Source: Eledone cirrhosa (Eukaryota). From it: a DNA stretch of 64,000 nucleotides. The stretch covers positions 164,610,001-164,674,000 of the forward strand of contig OZ024741.1 of assembly GCA_964016885.1 (NCBI GenBank), given 5' to 3'. The notes under the pieces were generated by a model. It saw nothing but the letters and a program-made list of their open reading frames with translations, was not told where the DNA came from and searched no databases. A program made the position numbers and the translations under genes. Positions within the stretch are counted from its first letter, which is position 1. Each line of letters starts with the position of its first letter. Shown here piece by piece: positions 25,304 to 39,180 of the stretch.

Positions 25304-27390
25304 TATATATGAACGTGTGTGTGTGCATAGATCAATGAAAAACAGACAGAAGTCAGATATAGGTAGTTAGTTCATTGTTTTACAATCGTTTCAGAGGGTC
25401 GATTGATCGTGGGAGATCGATGTATCCACTAGCATGGTAGTGGTTAAGTTACTACCTATTTCTAGCTTCAAAATCCCTATATATATATATGTATGTTTGT
25501 ATGTACGTACGTACACACACACACACACACATATATGTGTGTGTGTGCATATATATGTGTATATATATACATATATTTACACATATATATATGCACACAC
25601 ACACACATATATATGTATGTACGTACGTACACACACACATATATATGTGTGTGTGTGTGTGTGTACGTACGTACATACATATTTACACACACGTTATATT
25701 GAAAACATAACTGTGTTCCAGTGTGATCATTTTTATTCATGTTTTTTTCAGAATTTCTTATCAATTCTACATGTTTAGTTCGGAGCTGTAGCATCCCTAA
25801 ATCCATGTGTACATTTATCGTATTGAATCCTTCGTGGCTCCATCCTCCGAACCATTTATAATAACTGCCATGCTTCAACAGTTGAGAAATTGAAAATCAG
25901 GTGTCCATGATTCTTCACCACGTCTGCTAGGCGTGACAAATAAGCCACTAACTAATACGACCATTGTGATTCTGAAGATAGAGCTGTGAAAGTCTCAAAA
26001 CGTTTGTACACTCATGGATTTAGGAACAGACTTGTCAACCCCTCCACCCCCTCCCACGTCAGACGGGGAGATCTCCCACCCACTTTGGGGTGGGTGAGAG
26101 ATGTCTTTTTTTGTAAAAATGGGTATAGCTTGCATTATGTAAAACCTCCACATTTTGCCTTATTTCTCCCCGTTTTGGGGGCTCTCTTTTTCATGGTACC
26201 CTTCGTTTGGGTTTTTAGAGATTGGCTGATCTGTTTAAGAATGGTACAGATCCAACTTAAGCATGAAGAACTAATCCATTAATAAAACTGATCTCACTGG
26301 AATACAGCTGCGTTTTTAATATAACACGTTTTAAAAGACAAACTTTTCCTTACATATTACATGTGTGTGTGCACGCGAGTGTGTCCGTGTGTGTGCGTGT
26401 GCACGCGCCCGTTTGTATGTGTGTGTGTGTGTGTGCACGCGCCCGTTTGTATGTGTGTGCACGCGCTGTGTGCGCCTGTGTAGCTTTTGAGAAAGTAAAT
26501 CAGTTTAAAAAATATAACATATACAACTATAACTCAAAAATACAAAACAAAATACTACCTGGTCACTACAGCCTTTCCTTCTCTCTCCCTATATATATAT
26601 ATATATGACTGTTTCTCTATCTGTAACTGGTTTTACTCTATCCTGTTATATGTGCTTGTATATCTATCCATATTTCTGTTTGTCTCGTCTCTCTTTCTCT
26701 CTGTCTCTCCGTCTGCCTACCCATCATTTTCACTGTCTCTCTCTATCTTTATCTATCTCTATATTCCTGTCTATCCATTTGTTTCACGCTCTCTCTCTCT
26801 ATCTCTTTGGCTACTTTTTTTTTATGTACCCTCTCTCCGTTCCTCTCTCTATATATACCTTTTTATTTCACAGTCTCTCACTATTTATCACTCTCCTCCC
26901 TCTTCTCTCTCTCTCTCTCTCTCACAATATGATGTGTCATTTGTGATGGTTCCCACATGTCAGTTGTTGATGTAGATCGCAAGGGCTCACGCACACACGG
27001 ACAGACATACACACATAGGCACATACACACACACACACACACACAAGTGTAGAAAATAGATACTCTTGACAGAAAGAAGAGAGAGAGAGAGGAAAAATTG
27101 AGCTTGACACAGAGGCATGTGTATGTACATGACAATGTATGTTTGTGTGTGTGTGTATCTATTGTATGTATTGTGTGTCTGACTGCTTGTAAGAATGTCA
27201 CCTAATGTATGATTATATGTATATAGTGTACTTATGACAGTATATATATGAATATAACAATGTATACATTGTATATTGTGCGTGTGTGTATGTATATATA
27301 TATATATATATATACACACATAAATAACATATATATATATATACACACACATAAATAATATATATATATGTATATGTATGTATATTTATT

Positions 27391-27439
<49 letters not shown>

Positions 27440-27450
27440 ATTTATTTGTG

Positions 27451-27481
<31 letters not shown>

Positions 27482-28424
27482 ATTTGTGTGCATGTATATA
27501 TATATATAGTGTCATTTTATGTATATATTGTGTGCATGACTAGAGTGAAAGAGAGGGGGGAGCGAGAGGGGGAGGGAGATAGAGAGAGCAGGGGGGGGGG
27601 AGAAAGAGAGAAGAAAATAAGGCAAGAGGAAAATAAAAAGTGGTAGTTAGAGTGAAGGGCCACCAAACCAAAGGACAGAGAGAGAGAGACAGAGAGAGGG
27701 GTGGTGGTGTATTTAGGGGACTAATTAAAGTATGAAGGAGGAGTATGACTCAAACAGAGTGGAGGAGGTGTAGTGTGAACAAGGTATCTAGGTTATTTAG
27801 GGACTTTTTTTTAAAGAGAATTTACCCCTACCCTCTTATTGTGTCATTTCCTTCCATCTTATGGAATTCTATTTTTTCCTTAATGATTTGTTGTGTGTGT
27901 GTGTGTATGCATGTGTGTGTGTGTGCATGCGTGTGTGCGTGTGTGTGTATGTGTGTGTGAGCATGTGAGTGTGTGCATGTGTATGTATGAATGTGGGCAT
28001 GTGTGTGTGTGTGTGTGCATTTATGTGCCTGTGTATGTGTGTGCATTTGTGCGTGTGCATATATGTGTGTGTATTCGTGTGTGTGTGTTCATGAGTCTAT
28101 CAGTCATTGAACTGTGACAATACTGGAGCACTGATATCAAAGGTTTTTTTTTAGAAGATCAAACACCCAGTCTGTCATGTAAGGTGGTAGACCTGGTTCT
28201 ATGATAAAATACTCCCACACAAGCTGTAATGTGGTTGACATTAGGAAGAGTATCCAGTCACTTCGATGGAGAACATATAAGCTAGTCATGGTCACCTGAT
28301 TATTCTGGCTCCAGAATATGACAATCGGTCTAACCATTTGATATCTATTTTCCATGCTTGCATAAGTTAGATGTGCTATTACATTCTGTAATTAGACGTG
28401 CATGTAAAAAGTTGAAGTGATGAC

Positions 28425-28602
28425 GATAATGGTCGCTGCCGAGACCTCAGGAATACTTAGACCCCGTTTAGTCAAGCTCCTCCACAAGATCGGAACGTTG
28501 GTAGCCCATCTGAGGAAGGAGACTTGCGAGGTGGTGCGGCTTTTGCAGCGGGTGTCGCTGGCCATTGTGCACGGGAATGTTTTTGTGGTCCTGTCCACGT
28601 AG
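28425..28602 (+). mobile_element. CRE-like non-LTR retrotransposon 3' end
   Basis: VAAETSGILRPRLVKLLHKIGTLVAHLRKETCEVVRLLQRVSLAIVHGNVFVVLST* matches the CRE C-terminal A-ET-G...QR-S-AI--GN motif; T-rich tail follows. Confidence 0.65.
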
Positions 28603-28811
28603 CGCAGCCCCTTAACCACCGCCCAATCACCCCCCCCTCATTCTTCTGCGACACTAGAGTCCTTGCCATTTCCACCCTTTTCCAAATTTTTTTCCTCTTT
28701 TTTTCTTTATATTTTCCTATTTTACATTCCATTCTTCTCAATCTAAATTTTCTTTTTTCTTTTTCTATTAAACTGTATTTACATGATATATTCCATAAAG
28801 AAATTATTATT

Positions 28812-29015
28812 AGCAGTGGATTGGCAGTATCGGTAGAGGGTCGGACGCCATGCTTTGCAGCAAAGAGTTACGGCCCTTTATGGTCTGAGTTCAAAGCCCG
28901 TCGAGGTTAACTTTGCCTTTCATCCTTACGGGGGGGGGGGGGGGGGGTCGATAAAATAAAGTACCAGTAATACACTGGAATAATTGCTGGCCTTGTGCCA
29001 AAAGTAGAAAATTAT
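28812..29015 (+). mobile_element. Group-M SINE with internal poly-G expansion
   Basis: Same body as 6820-7012; ggggtcgata is expanded to a long G run. Confidence 0.85.
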
Positions 29016-29023
29016 ATTATAAA

Positions 29024-29083
<60 letters not shown>

Positions 29084-29489
29084 TAAAGTATAGAAATTGT
29101 TGTGAGCGTGAAGCCAACAGTATTTCATAATATATAAGTGACTATAACGTCAAAATGGAAAAATAGTTCATGTAAGATGTGGGAAAATAATTCAAATATA
29201 TATATATATATACACACACCCATAAACAGAAGCAATCATGGCTTTTAGTTTAACAGATGGAAACAAATAAACATAACAAGAATCTGTCCACACTATTAAA
29301 ACCTCACACATTCCACAAGGAACACAATCCAATCAAACTATAAATACAACATTTATGCTGTCAATTCCTGACTCAGAATAAAACCACTGGACACTATGAG
29401 GTATTGAAACTTACAATTTCAGCAATAAATCTTTACTCTACAAATATAATGGGTCCTCCTTTTGTTTGAGATTTGTCAGACCTCCACTG

Positions 29490-30240
29490 GTTCCAATATT
29501 GAGTGTCCCAATTGTTTAAAAAACAGCCTGCTTATGAAATTAACATGTGACTAAGCAATCCACAGTAATGGAACATTCCACAGTGACTGAGCATTCCATA
29601 GTAACTAAGCCTTCCACAACTGACTCAGCATTCCATAGTGTCTGAGCATTCAGCAGTGACTGAGCATTCCATAGTAATTAAGCCTTTTACAGTGACTCAG
29701 CACTTCATAGTGTCTGAGCATTCCTTAGTGTCAGAGCATTTCAACAGTGACTGAACATTCCATAGTGTCTGAGCATTCCTTAGTGACAGAGCATTTCAAC
29801 AGTGACTGAGCATTCCACAGTGTCTGAGCATTCCTTAGTGACAGAGCATTTCAACAGTGACTGAGCATTCCACAGTGACTCAGCATTCTGCAGTCTCTGA
29901 GCATTCCTTAGTGTCAGAGAATTTCAACAGTGACTGACCATTCCAGTGTCTGAGCATTCCTTAGTGACAGAACATTTCAACAGTGACTGAGCATTCCACA
30001 GTGTCTGAGCATTCCTTAGTGACAGAACATTCCACAGAGTCTGAGCATTCCACACATAGCATAGTTCTCAGTGTAACACAATGTATGACAAGGCTGGCTC
30101 TTTGAATTACAGATATAATGCATCTTCACCAACTGAGTGGACTGGAGCAATGTGAAACACAGTGTTTTTCTCATGACAGAAGGCATAATCTTACAATCAG
30201 GTGCTGAATACACTAAATACTAAGTCTCTGCTTTCACATT
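29490..30240 (-). mobile_element. Old CORE-like SINE containing an internal 18-20-bp tandem repeat (29548-30053)
   Basis: Flanks align to 44670-44935; repeat unit cacagtgactgagcattc. Confidence 0.65.
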
Positions 30241-30272
30241 CTTTAAGACAGTGTGTGGTACACCCTACTTAC

Positions 30273-30307
<35 letters not shown>

Positions 30308-30311
<4 letters not shown>

Positions 30312-30500
30312 AAAATGTTCAAGACCCCGACGGCAGAGCTCAAGCCATTTCGATGACTGTCCAGAAATAGCCGTCGAAACGGCTTGAGCTCTGCCGTCAG
30401 GGTCTTGAACATTTTCCTATTACCTACTCTACTACCCTAAGTATTGAGTACTCTGGTGCGTTATGGTCCAACTGGTTCCTTACCACACTGCCTTCGTTTT
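30308..30500 (+). mobile_element. Fold-back Penelope-like half-hammerhead repeat (family B)
   Basis: Palindrome 30308-30420 followed by ctaagtattgagtactctggtgc tail; within (TA)n. Confidence 0.65.
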
Positions 30501-30519
30501 ATATATATACATATATATA

Positions 30520-30737
30520 TGTTGATCGATCTTCGTCAAATCGGACCGAGGAAATAATGTTTCCGTTGGCTTTCCAATTGCTAATACTATCTATCGGTCG
30601 CAACTCCAGGTAGAAGGAGCAGCATGAAATAAAGTGTCTTGCTCAAGGACATAACGCATTGCCCGGTTCAGGAATCAAACTCACAACCGCATGATTGCGA
30701 ATCCAATTCTCTATCTACTCAGCCACACGCCTTCACA
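30520..30737 (-). mobile_element. tRNA/CORE-like SINE with a different tail
   Basis: Minus strand gtgaaggcgtgtggct head and tccttgagcaagacac segment; second copy at 41940-42161. Confidence 0.75.
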
Positions 30738-31134
30738 TATATATATATGAATGTTAAATGATGATGATCATCATATATATGTAAACAAAGAAAAACAAAA
30801 CAACATGGGAGAAAAATACAGTACACAGATGATATATATTAGTTTAACGCTTGATAAAGAAGGAAAAGAGTTGTAATGCTTCAGATGCTAGTCCTTCATC
30901 AGAAAATAGAGTGAGTGATTGAAGAAGAAATAGAGAAAATAGACAAGAGTAAGAAAAGATAGAAATGGTAAAAGAAATCTTTTCACAGAAAGAAAGCATG
31001 TGTAGGTTTTAGTTAGCCATTTTGGATAAGAGCAGATCAGAATGTAACTAAAATATTAAAGAGGTATATTTTGAGTTATCCTGTGTGAGGCTGTGTGTAT
31101 GTGAGTGTATGTTTGTTTGTCTACATGTATAAAG

Positions 31135-31742
31135 GCCTTGAGGAAGGATCCATAGATGTGGTTGATAACTTCTGCTACCTAGGAGATCTAATTAGCAGTG
31201 GAGGAAGTTGCTCTGGGAGCATAGTAGCATTTATAAAAAGTGCATGTAAAATTTTCAGGAAGATACTATCTCTGCTGACAACAAAAGGTTTCTCTCTACG
31301 AATGAAAGACCATTTGTATGATATCTATGTGCAATGTATGATGTTCCATGGTAGTGAGACATGAGCAGTGGACATGCGAAGGCTAGAGAGAAATGAAATG
31401 AGTATGCTTTGCAATGGAAGTGCAATGTCAATAAGCATGAATGACAAAGCATGGATGAACTGAGAAAAAAATTGGTATATTGGTATGGACAAGGGATGTG
31501 TATGGATGATGATCGTTGGTTGAAGAAGTGCCAAGATTTCCCAGTGGAAGGAAACTGCAGTAGAGGAAGACCTGGTTAAGTAAAACTTGGTTAGAGGTGG
31601 TGAAAGCTGATAAGAAATTGGTGAAGCTCATTGAGGAGATGATGAAGAAACACAATGAGTGGACAGATGCTGTGCTGAGAAAACCGAACCAACTCAGGCA
31701 AGCATGAAAAAGTGATTGTAAAATGGTGATGATGAGGATGAC
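31135..31742 (+). mobile_element. Degenerate RTE LINE 3' part
   Basis: VDNFCYLGDLISSGG...KGFSLRMK...MFHGSET, homologous to the 59736 ORF, with stops and frameshifts. Confidence 0.85.
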
Positions 31743-31746
31743 ATAC

Positions 31747-31907
31747 ACAGGTAAAATTCCGTTATAACGAATACTATTATAACAAATTTTTCAGTATAAT
31801 GAAATTTTTTTCAATCCCCGGCCACACACTCTATGTGTTAGGTCGATCTCGTTATAAAGAATTTTTCGTTACAACAAATTTTTTTTTATAACATAATTTC
31901 ACTATAT
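31747..31907. mobile_element. pogo/Tigger-like MITE remnant
   Basis: aaattccgttataacgaa / ataac..aatttcactata termini with internal gttataacgaa subrepeats. Confidence 0.5.
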
Positions 31908-31974
31908 CCAAACGGAACCTGAACCGATAAGGTCTGGTTTCTTGAGTATGTCACCATTTATAAAACAAATTTTG

Positions 31975-32036
31975 TATTTTATCTGATGAGAGTGTACCAA
32001 AGTTTTTGGTACCCTTGAAATATATATAATAAAATA
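31975..32036 (+). ncRNA. Minimal type-I hammerhead ribozyme (family D)
   Basis: tattttat-CTGATGA-stem II (gagtgtaccaaa/tttggtaccctt)-GAAA-tatata-TA-ataaaata; 8-bp stem I. Confidence 0.75.
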
Positions 32037-32739
32037 AATATGGTTTTATAAATATGGTTTCCATTTATTAATATCATTGATATATATATATATATATAAC
32101 AGAATTTCACTATATATTATATCATCATCAACGTTTAACGTCCGTGTTCCACGCTTGCATGGGTTTGGACAGGGGTTTTCCCACTTGAGGCAAGAGTGAT
32201 TATCTTGCTCGCATAGGACTATCTGGCGGGTTTTCTACAGCTGGATGCCCTTCCTAACACCAACCACATTTACAGTGTGGGGCTGGGAGGTTTTTACCGT
32301 GTTGCCTATATATATATAATTAGTTACAACAGTGACATATACAAGTACTTAAGTTTCGTTGGGTTATACATCCTAACTCATTCAGCCTGTTATATAAAGA
32401 AAGATGGCTACTAACACATCTTATGGACAGAGTGCTCTTACCCTTGGATATTTCTACCAAATATATAGTACAGTATATATATATATATACAGCTAAATGT
32501 GACATGATCACACCATGAAATATTTATAGTGAGACATATTTGTATATAATATACACTTCTATTATGAATCACGCTATGTTGGTGCTACTGATAGTACATA
32601 CACACACACATACACATATACACACACACATACGTACATATAAACACATGCATATGTGCACTTGAACAAACTGACTAATAGAGAGCAAGCAGAGAGAATG
32701 ACATTTTTGGAAGTATGTAACCTTTATCGAAGACCACCA

Positions 32740-33787
32740 CCATATCACCACCCCACCATATTACAGCAGCACCACACCACACCACACCACACCACACCAC
32801 ACCACCATATTACAGTAGCACCACACCATGCCAACACCACACCACACCACACCATCATATTACACCAGCACCACACCGACACCACACCACACCACCATAT
32901 TACAGCAGCACCACACCACACCACCATATTACAGCACCACACCACACCACACCACACCACACCACCATATTACAGCAGCACCACACCAGACCAGCACCAC
33001 ACCACACCAACACCACACCACACCAGCATATTACAGCAGCACCACACCACACCACCATATTACACCACCATATTACAGCAGCACCACACCACACCGACAC
33101 CACACCGTAATCACAGAAGGAAAGTACAACAATAGGGGTAGCTGTAGTGGGGGCTGGATGGCAATAAAATATCAAGGGGTAAACAAACATTAGACACTCC
33201 CTGTTATTACTGCAATTAACTATGATATTGTACATAATGATGATGGTGATGGTGATGGTGATAATGGTAGTGGTGATGGTGATGTTGATAGCAGGTGATG
33301 ATGATGGTAGTGATGATGATGGTGATGGTAGTGGTGATGATGGTGATGGTAGTGGTGATGATGGTGATGGTAGTGGTGATGATGGTGATGGTAGTGATGA
33401 TAATGGTAGTGATGATGGTGATGGTGATGATGATGGTAGTGATGATGGTGATGATGTTGGTAGTGATGATAGTGATGGTAGTGATGATGATGGTAGTGAT
33501 GATGATGGTGATGGTAGTGATGATGATGATGGTAGTGATGGTAGTGGTGATGGTGATGGTGATGATGGTAGTGATGACGATGGTAGTGTGATGGTGATGG
33601 TGATGATGGTAGTGATGACGATGGTAGTGTGATGATGATGGTGATGGTACTGGTGAAGATGATGGTGATGGTAGTGGTAATGATGGTGATGCTAGTGATG
33701 ATGATAGTGATAGTGATGGTGATGGTAGTAGTGATGATGATGATGGTAATGATGATGATGATGATGATGGTAATGATGATGATGATG
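32740..33787. repeat. (CACCA)n-based and (GAT/GGT)n low-complexity repeats
   Basis: Direct inspection. Confidence 0.85.
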
Positions 33788-34021
33788 TAAAGGCTAGTTA
33801 CAGAGCCACAAGGGTAGGAGAAAGTTGTGGAGGTGGTGGGAGGGAGGGCATCTCTGTTTTTTAATGATAGACAATTGGCACAGAATGTTTTCAATATGGC
33901 AGCCAATTTCTTTCAATAATATTAATCATCATCATCATTTAACGTCTACTCCCCACCCCACCTAGCAATCCTGTTTACAAGCTACATGCACCCACATACA
34001 CACACAAACAAACATATACAA

Positions 34022-34064
<43 letters not shown>

Positions 34065-34143
34065 CATACATATATATGTATATTCATTCAGCTTTTATTA
34101 TGTATACAGTGCCTTAATTTTTTTAAAACAGAAGCTTACAATC

Positions 34144-34231
<88 letters not shown>

Positions 34232-34285
34232 ATAATAATAAAATTGAAGACTAAAATCCAAAGAGGGCTCAATGTATGTAAGGTT

Positions 34286-34336
34286 AGTTTCAGAAGATCC
34301 CGTTAAGGGTGAAAGCAGCGATTCCTTGCTTAAACT
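34286..34336 (+). ncRNA. Type-I hammerhead-like motif with one core change (family F)
   Basis: agttt-CAGAAGA-t-ccc gttaa ggg-t-GAAA-gca...tgc-TT-aaact; fragments at 24897-24972 and 55383-55430. Confidence 0.55.
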
Positions 34337-34352
34337 TTAATCTGTTATTTTA

Positions 34353-34416
<64 letters not shown>

Positions 34417-34545
34417 ATGTATATCATCATAATCATCATCATTTAACCTCCATCTTCCCCGCTAGCATGGGTTGGACAGGTTTGTCTCACTTGAGGAAAG
34501 ATTGGTCGTGTGATCGTATCTTGCGAGAACAGAACTGTTTCTGGC

Positions 34546-34621
<76 letters not shown>

Positions 34622-34821
34622 TCATCATCATCACTGTTTTACGTTCATTCTTCCACGCTAGCATGGGTCAGACGAGTTGTCCTTGTCCTGTTGTGGGCAG
34701 TGTCCAGTCGGCTGACCTTGTCTTGCTCATACAGGAACTGATTCTGGCTTGATCTCTACAGCTGGATGCCCTTCCTAACACCAACCTTATTTACAGTGAG
34801 TACTGGGAGCTTTTATATATC

Positions 34822-35160
34822 ATTTCATTTTTCATTTCATTTTACGTCCGCTTTTCCCTGCTTACAAGGGTGGGACGGGAACTGATTCTGGCTTGATTTC
34901 TACAGCTGGATGCCCTTCCTAACACCAACCTTATTTACAGTGAGTGCTGGGTGCTTTTTTGCCGTGGCGCCTACACGTCCACTTTGCAGTGGAATGATAG
35001 GGTACCCAGTCCCTATCATCTCATTTCTACAGCTGAGTAAACTGGAGCAATGTGAAATAGTGTCTTGCTCAAGGACACAACACATCACCCGGTCTGAGAA
35101 TTGAACTCACAACCTTTCGATTGCAAGGCCAATGCTCTAACCACTAAGCCATGTGCCTCC
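34822..35160 (-). mobile_element. Group-C SINE
   Basis: Reverse complement of 21077-21425. Confidence 0.9.
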
Positions 35161-35179
35161 ATGTCTATATATATATATA

Positions 35180-35435
35180 TTTCGTTTCTGAATTTGTTTA
35201 GCAAGATTCTTTATCTGAAAACGTGTGTTGAAACCGATATTGTCACAGAATGTGTGACGAAAGAACTTTGACAATATATGAACAACCGTCCGGGTGTGGA
35301 ACCAACCAACCAACCGGAAATTTATAAATTTTTTATAAAAAAAAAAGAAATTTTTTTAATTTATAATAAATTGGAGTGAAACAACTGGTGCGTGTGTTTC
35401 TTATTGGCAACATGACCCTCCCAAAGTATAACAAA
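35180..35435. mobile_element. Rearranged Penelope-like repeat (family G)
   Basis: Shares segments with 36513-36720, 39300-39560 and 55205-55275; contains gtcac/gtgac-GAAA-gaact-TT-gacaatat. Confidence 0.55.
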
Positions 35436-36233
35436 ATATATATATATATATATAACTCCAACCCTAACCTCATACATATATGTATATATCATCATCATCA
35501 TCATCATTGTTTAACGTCCATCTTCCATGCTAGCATGGGTTGGATGGGTTTGTCCCACTTGAGGCAAGATTGGTCGGGTGACCGTGTCTCGCTCGTATAG
35601 AACTCTTTCTGGCACATATATATATAAAATAATAAAAGGACAATTTGTTATGTCATCATTACGTTTATTGAGAAGTGATGTGCATTTCACTATTGATCAG
35701 CTCAAGGTTTGATCTGTATCAATCTAGCCTGACTCTGGAATCAAAAGCTTGTCGGACCACTGTTGTGGTAATGACAGAATGTTAGTACTACACCTCTACT
35801 TACTGGTGAACCTACTGTAACTGGACATTACAATACCTATATATATATATATATATTTTAGTACAGCATTGACGAAGCTTTAGAATACGGCCAAGCTAGC
35901 GTATATGCATAATCGGTCTGTAGCTTGAGCACTCGGATGAGGAAAGACCCCAGAGTAGTAACATTACGTTCAGACAGCTTAGCAAACCAGATATAGCGGT
36001 CGGCAGTCTAGCCGCATCACTAGAGCAACGAAAATACAGGACCCAGGAAAAGATTTTATACTGACCCGGATATATATATATATTGAGGAAAGATTGGTCG
36101 TGTGAAATAAATATATATATTTAAAAAAAAAAAAAAAGACTCCAGTTGCATTTTCGATTTCATCTCTTTTTCTTTATACTTTCACTCGTGTAGGACACCT
36201 CGGTTGTTTTTCATTTTGTAAAAAAAAAGTCAC

Positions 36234-36271
<38 letters not shown>

Positions 36272-36279
36272 TACATCAT

Positions 36280-36350
<71 letters not shown>

Positions 36351-36569
36351 ATGTATCTCAGGTTCAATCGGGGGTAACCACTGTGAGTGAGGTACTCAAT
36401 ACACAGTAGAATATATACAATATTTAATATAGAAATGGCTTCTACAGGACTAGAACTGTTTCATTCGAAGGAAATCATTAGATCATGTCATATATATATA
36501 TATATATATATATTTCGTTTCTGAATTTGTTTAGCAAGATTCTTTATCTGAAAACGTGTGTTGAAACCG

Positions 36570-36719
36570 ATATTGTTATACTTTGGGAGGGTCATGTTGC
36601 CAATAAGAAACACACGCACCAGTTGCTTTCACTTCAATTTATTATAATAAATTGAAGTGAAAGCAACTGGTGCATGTGTTTCTTATTGGCAACATGACCC
36701 TCCCAAAGTATAACAATAT
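36570..36719. repeat. 150-bp spacerless palindrome of family G
   Basis: Arms centred near 36644 (tttattataataaa). Confidence 0.9.
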
Positions 36720-36780
36720 ATATATATATATATGAACGAGTAGGACCCCGATGGCTGAGCTCAAGCCGTTTCGACGGCTA

Positions 36781-36814
<34 letters not shown>

Positions 36815-36909
36815 AAAAGGTAAAAGGTAAACAGAAATAACAACACAAATGGCACAGTATATGGAAGAAATATATTAGTTTAACGCTTGAAAAAGCAGGA
36901 AGAGGGAGG

Positions 36910-36947
36910 GTCTTTACATTTTGGACAGTGGTTCTTCATCAGAAGAC
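36910..36947 (-). ncRNA. Decayed minimal hammerhead (family E)
   Basis: Minus strand gtctt-CTGATGA-agaaccactgtcc-AAAA-tg-TA-aagac; restoring two CpGs gives GAAACGTA; second copy 30870-30907. Confidence 0.5.
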
Positions 36948-37130
36948 AGAATGAGAAATAGAAAAGTAGAGAGTGAGAAGAAGAAGGAACAGAAAAACTG
37001 TCTGTAACCTGGTTACTGTCACCTGGTTACTGTCACCACTGTAGTAGAATATATCAATGACCAGTTTTTATGTTCTTGAAAGGCTAAAAGGATGCTTTTA
37101 GGCTATAATTGGTATATACACACACAGACA

Positions 37131-37175
<45 letters not shown>

Positions 37176-37537
37176 TACATACATACACATATATATATAT
37201 ACATATACACATATATATACACACACACATATATATATATATACACACAGATATGTGTGTATATATATATACACACATACATACATACACATATATATAT
37301 ATACATATACACATATATATATACACGCACATATATATATACACACACACACACATACATATATATTTATATATATATATACATTTATATATACACATAT
37401 ATATATACACACATATATATATACACACATACATATATATATATATACACACAGACATGTGTGTATATATATATATATACACATACATACATACACATAC
37501 ACATATATATATATATATACATATATATACACGCACA

Positions 37538-37577
<40 letters not shown>

Positions 37578-37680
37578 CACACACATTTATATATACACAT
37601 ATATATATATACACACATATATATATATATACACACACATATATATACACACACATTTATATATACACATATATATATAT

Positions 37681-37725
<45 letters not shown>

Positions 37726-38029
37726 TATATATATATACACACACACACATGCACATCAACATATAAATATGGGTTTGACGTTCAGATATGCCCAAAGTGT
37801 TCATAAGGGACCCTATAATGAGAGATGCCTTACATGCATATGAGAATGTCTACTAACACATCACAAGTTTCGCAATACAAAACCAAAACAAAATCATCTC
37901 AGATATGTTATCGATATATTCTCAGTTGTTAACAAGGAAATTAAGTAATTGATAGTTGCTTTTGAGATGGCTACTAAATAAGGGTGGTTGTAAAACCACT
38001 GCACCTCTTGCGATGTCCGTTGGTCATGC

Positions 38030-38400
38030 AGGATACAATGAGTTTCTTCCTACACCATTCATGTGGTTAGAGTAGGGGTCACTTCTCTGATAATACATGC
38101 ATCCTATCTTCCTTCCTACTTACTAACACTTTGGTCTTCTCTAAGTTTACTCTGAGGCCTTTTAATTCCAGGCTTTGTTTCCATGTCTGGAATTCCCTCT
38201 CTAGCTTTTCTAGGGTTTCCGCTATGAGAATTAGATCAGCTGCATACAGGAGTTCACATGGAAAACCAGTATTACACTTGTGTGATATGGTTTGAAGGGT
38301 TATAATAAATAACAGGAGACTGAAGACTAACCCTCGATGGATCACTATCAGCATTCTAAATTCAATACTGAACGCATTCACTACATTCTCTTTGCTGACT
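38030..38400 (-). mobile_element. Degenerate RTE RT fragment
   Basis: VFSLLLFII..TGFPCELLYAADLILIAE..GLRVNLEKTKVL, homologous to the main RTE. Confidence 0.85.
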
Positions 38401-38419
38401 TCCCTTCTGTAGTTTACAA

Positions 38420-38637
38420 CCTTAAACTGTTAGTATTAGCATTACTCTATATTTACTATTATATTTTCATGGTAAACACTTTATCTGACATAATATCGAA
38501 TCTATGAGATTTTGATATTATTTATTTTGAGAACAATACCTTAACCTCAGTATGAGAAGTTGGTTACAACCAGTTTGAACAGGAAGAGATGAGAGAATTC
38601 TGGCCGGATACAGCTGGTTTAAATGCTAAAGGGTTAA
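38420..38637. mobile_element. piggyBac-like TTAA MITE
   Basis: Same body as 6784-7436; ends taaatgctaaagggTTAA. Confidence 0.7.
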
Positions 38638-38795
38638 GCCTTTCATCTATACTTAGCTTCATAAGTGCCCACCAGATCATGAAAAACATAGGATGCAATG
38701 AAAGACCTTCTTCTCCAGGCCAACAAATATTAAGTATAAGCACTTATTCCTAGCTAGGTAATGCCATTTTCTGGTACAATTGTAAACTGTAACAT

Positions 38796-39180
38796 GGAGG
38801 CACATGGCTTAGTGGTTTAGAGCATTGGCCTTGCAATCGAAAGGTTGTGAGTTCAATTCTCAGACCGGGTGATGTGTTGTTTCCTTGAGCAAGACACTTT
38901 ATTTCACATTGCTCCAGTTTACTCAGCTGTAGAAATGAGATGATAGGGACTAGGGTCCCTATCATTCCACTGCAAAGTGGTCAAAGAGGTGCCATAGCAA
39001 AAAAGCACCCAGCCCACACTGTAAAGTGGACGTGTAGGCACCATGGAGAAAAGCACTCACTGTAAATGAGGTTGGTGTTAGGAAGGGCATCCAGCTGTAG
39101 AAATCAAGCCAGAATCAGTTCACGTCCCACCCTTGCAAGCAGGGAGAGGCGGACGTAAAATGAAATGATGATGAAATGAT
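38796..39180 (+). mobile_element. Group-C SINE with two internal hairpin units
   Basis: Head to tail intact; extra gtggacgtgtaggcacc unit. Confidence 0.9.

Noticed and set aside
35865-35910. ttgacga...gctagc-gta hammerhead-like string
   Set aside because: Both core segments are mutated and there is only one copy; too weak.
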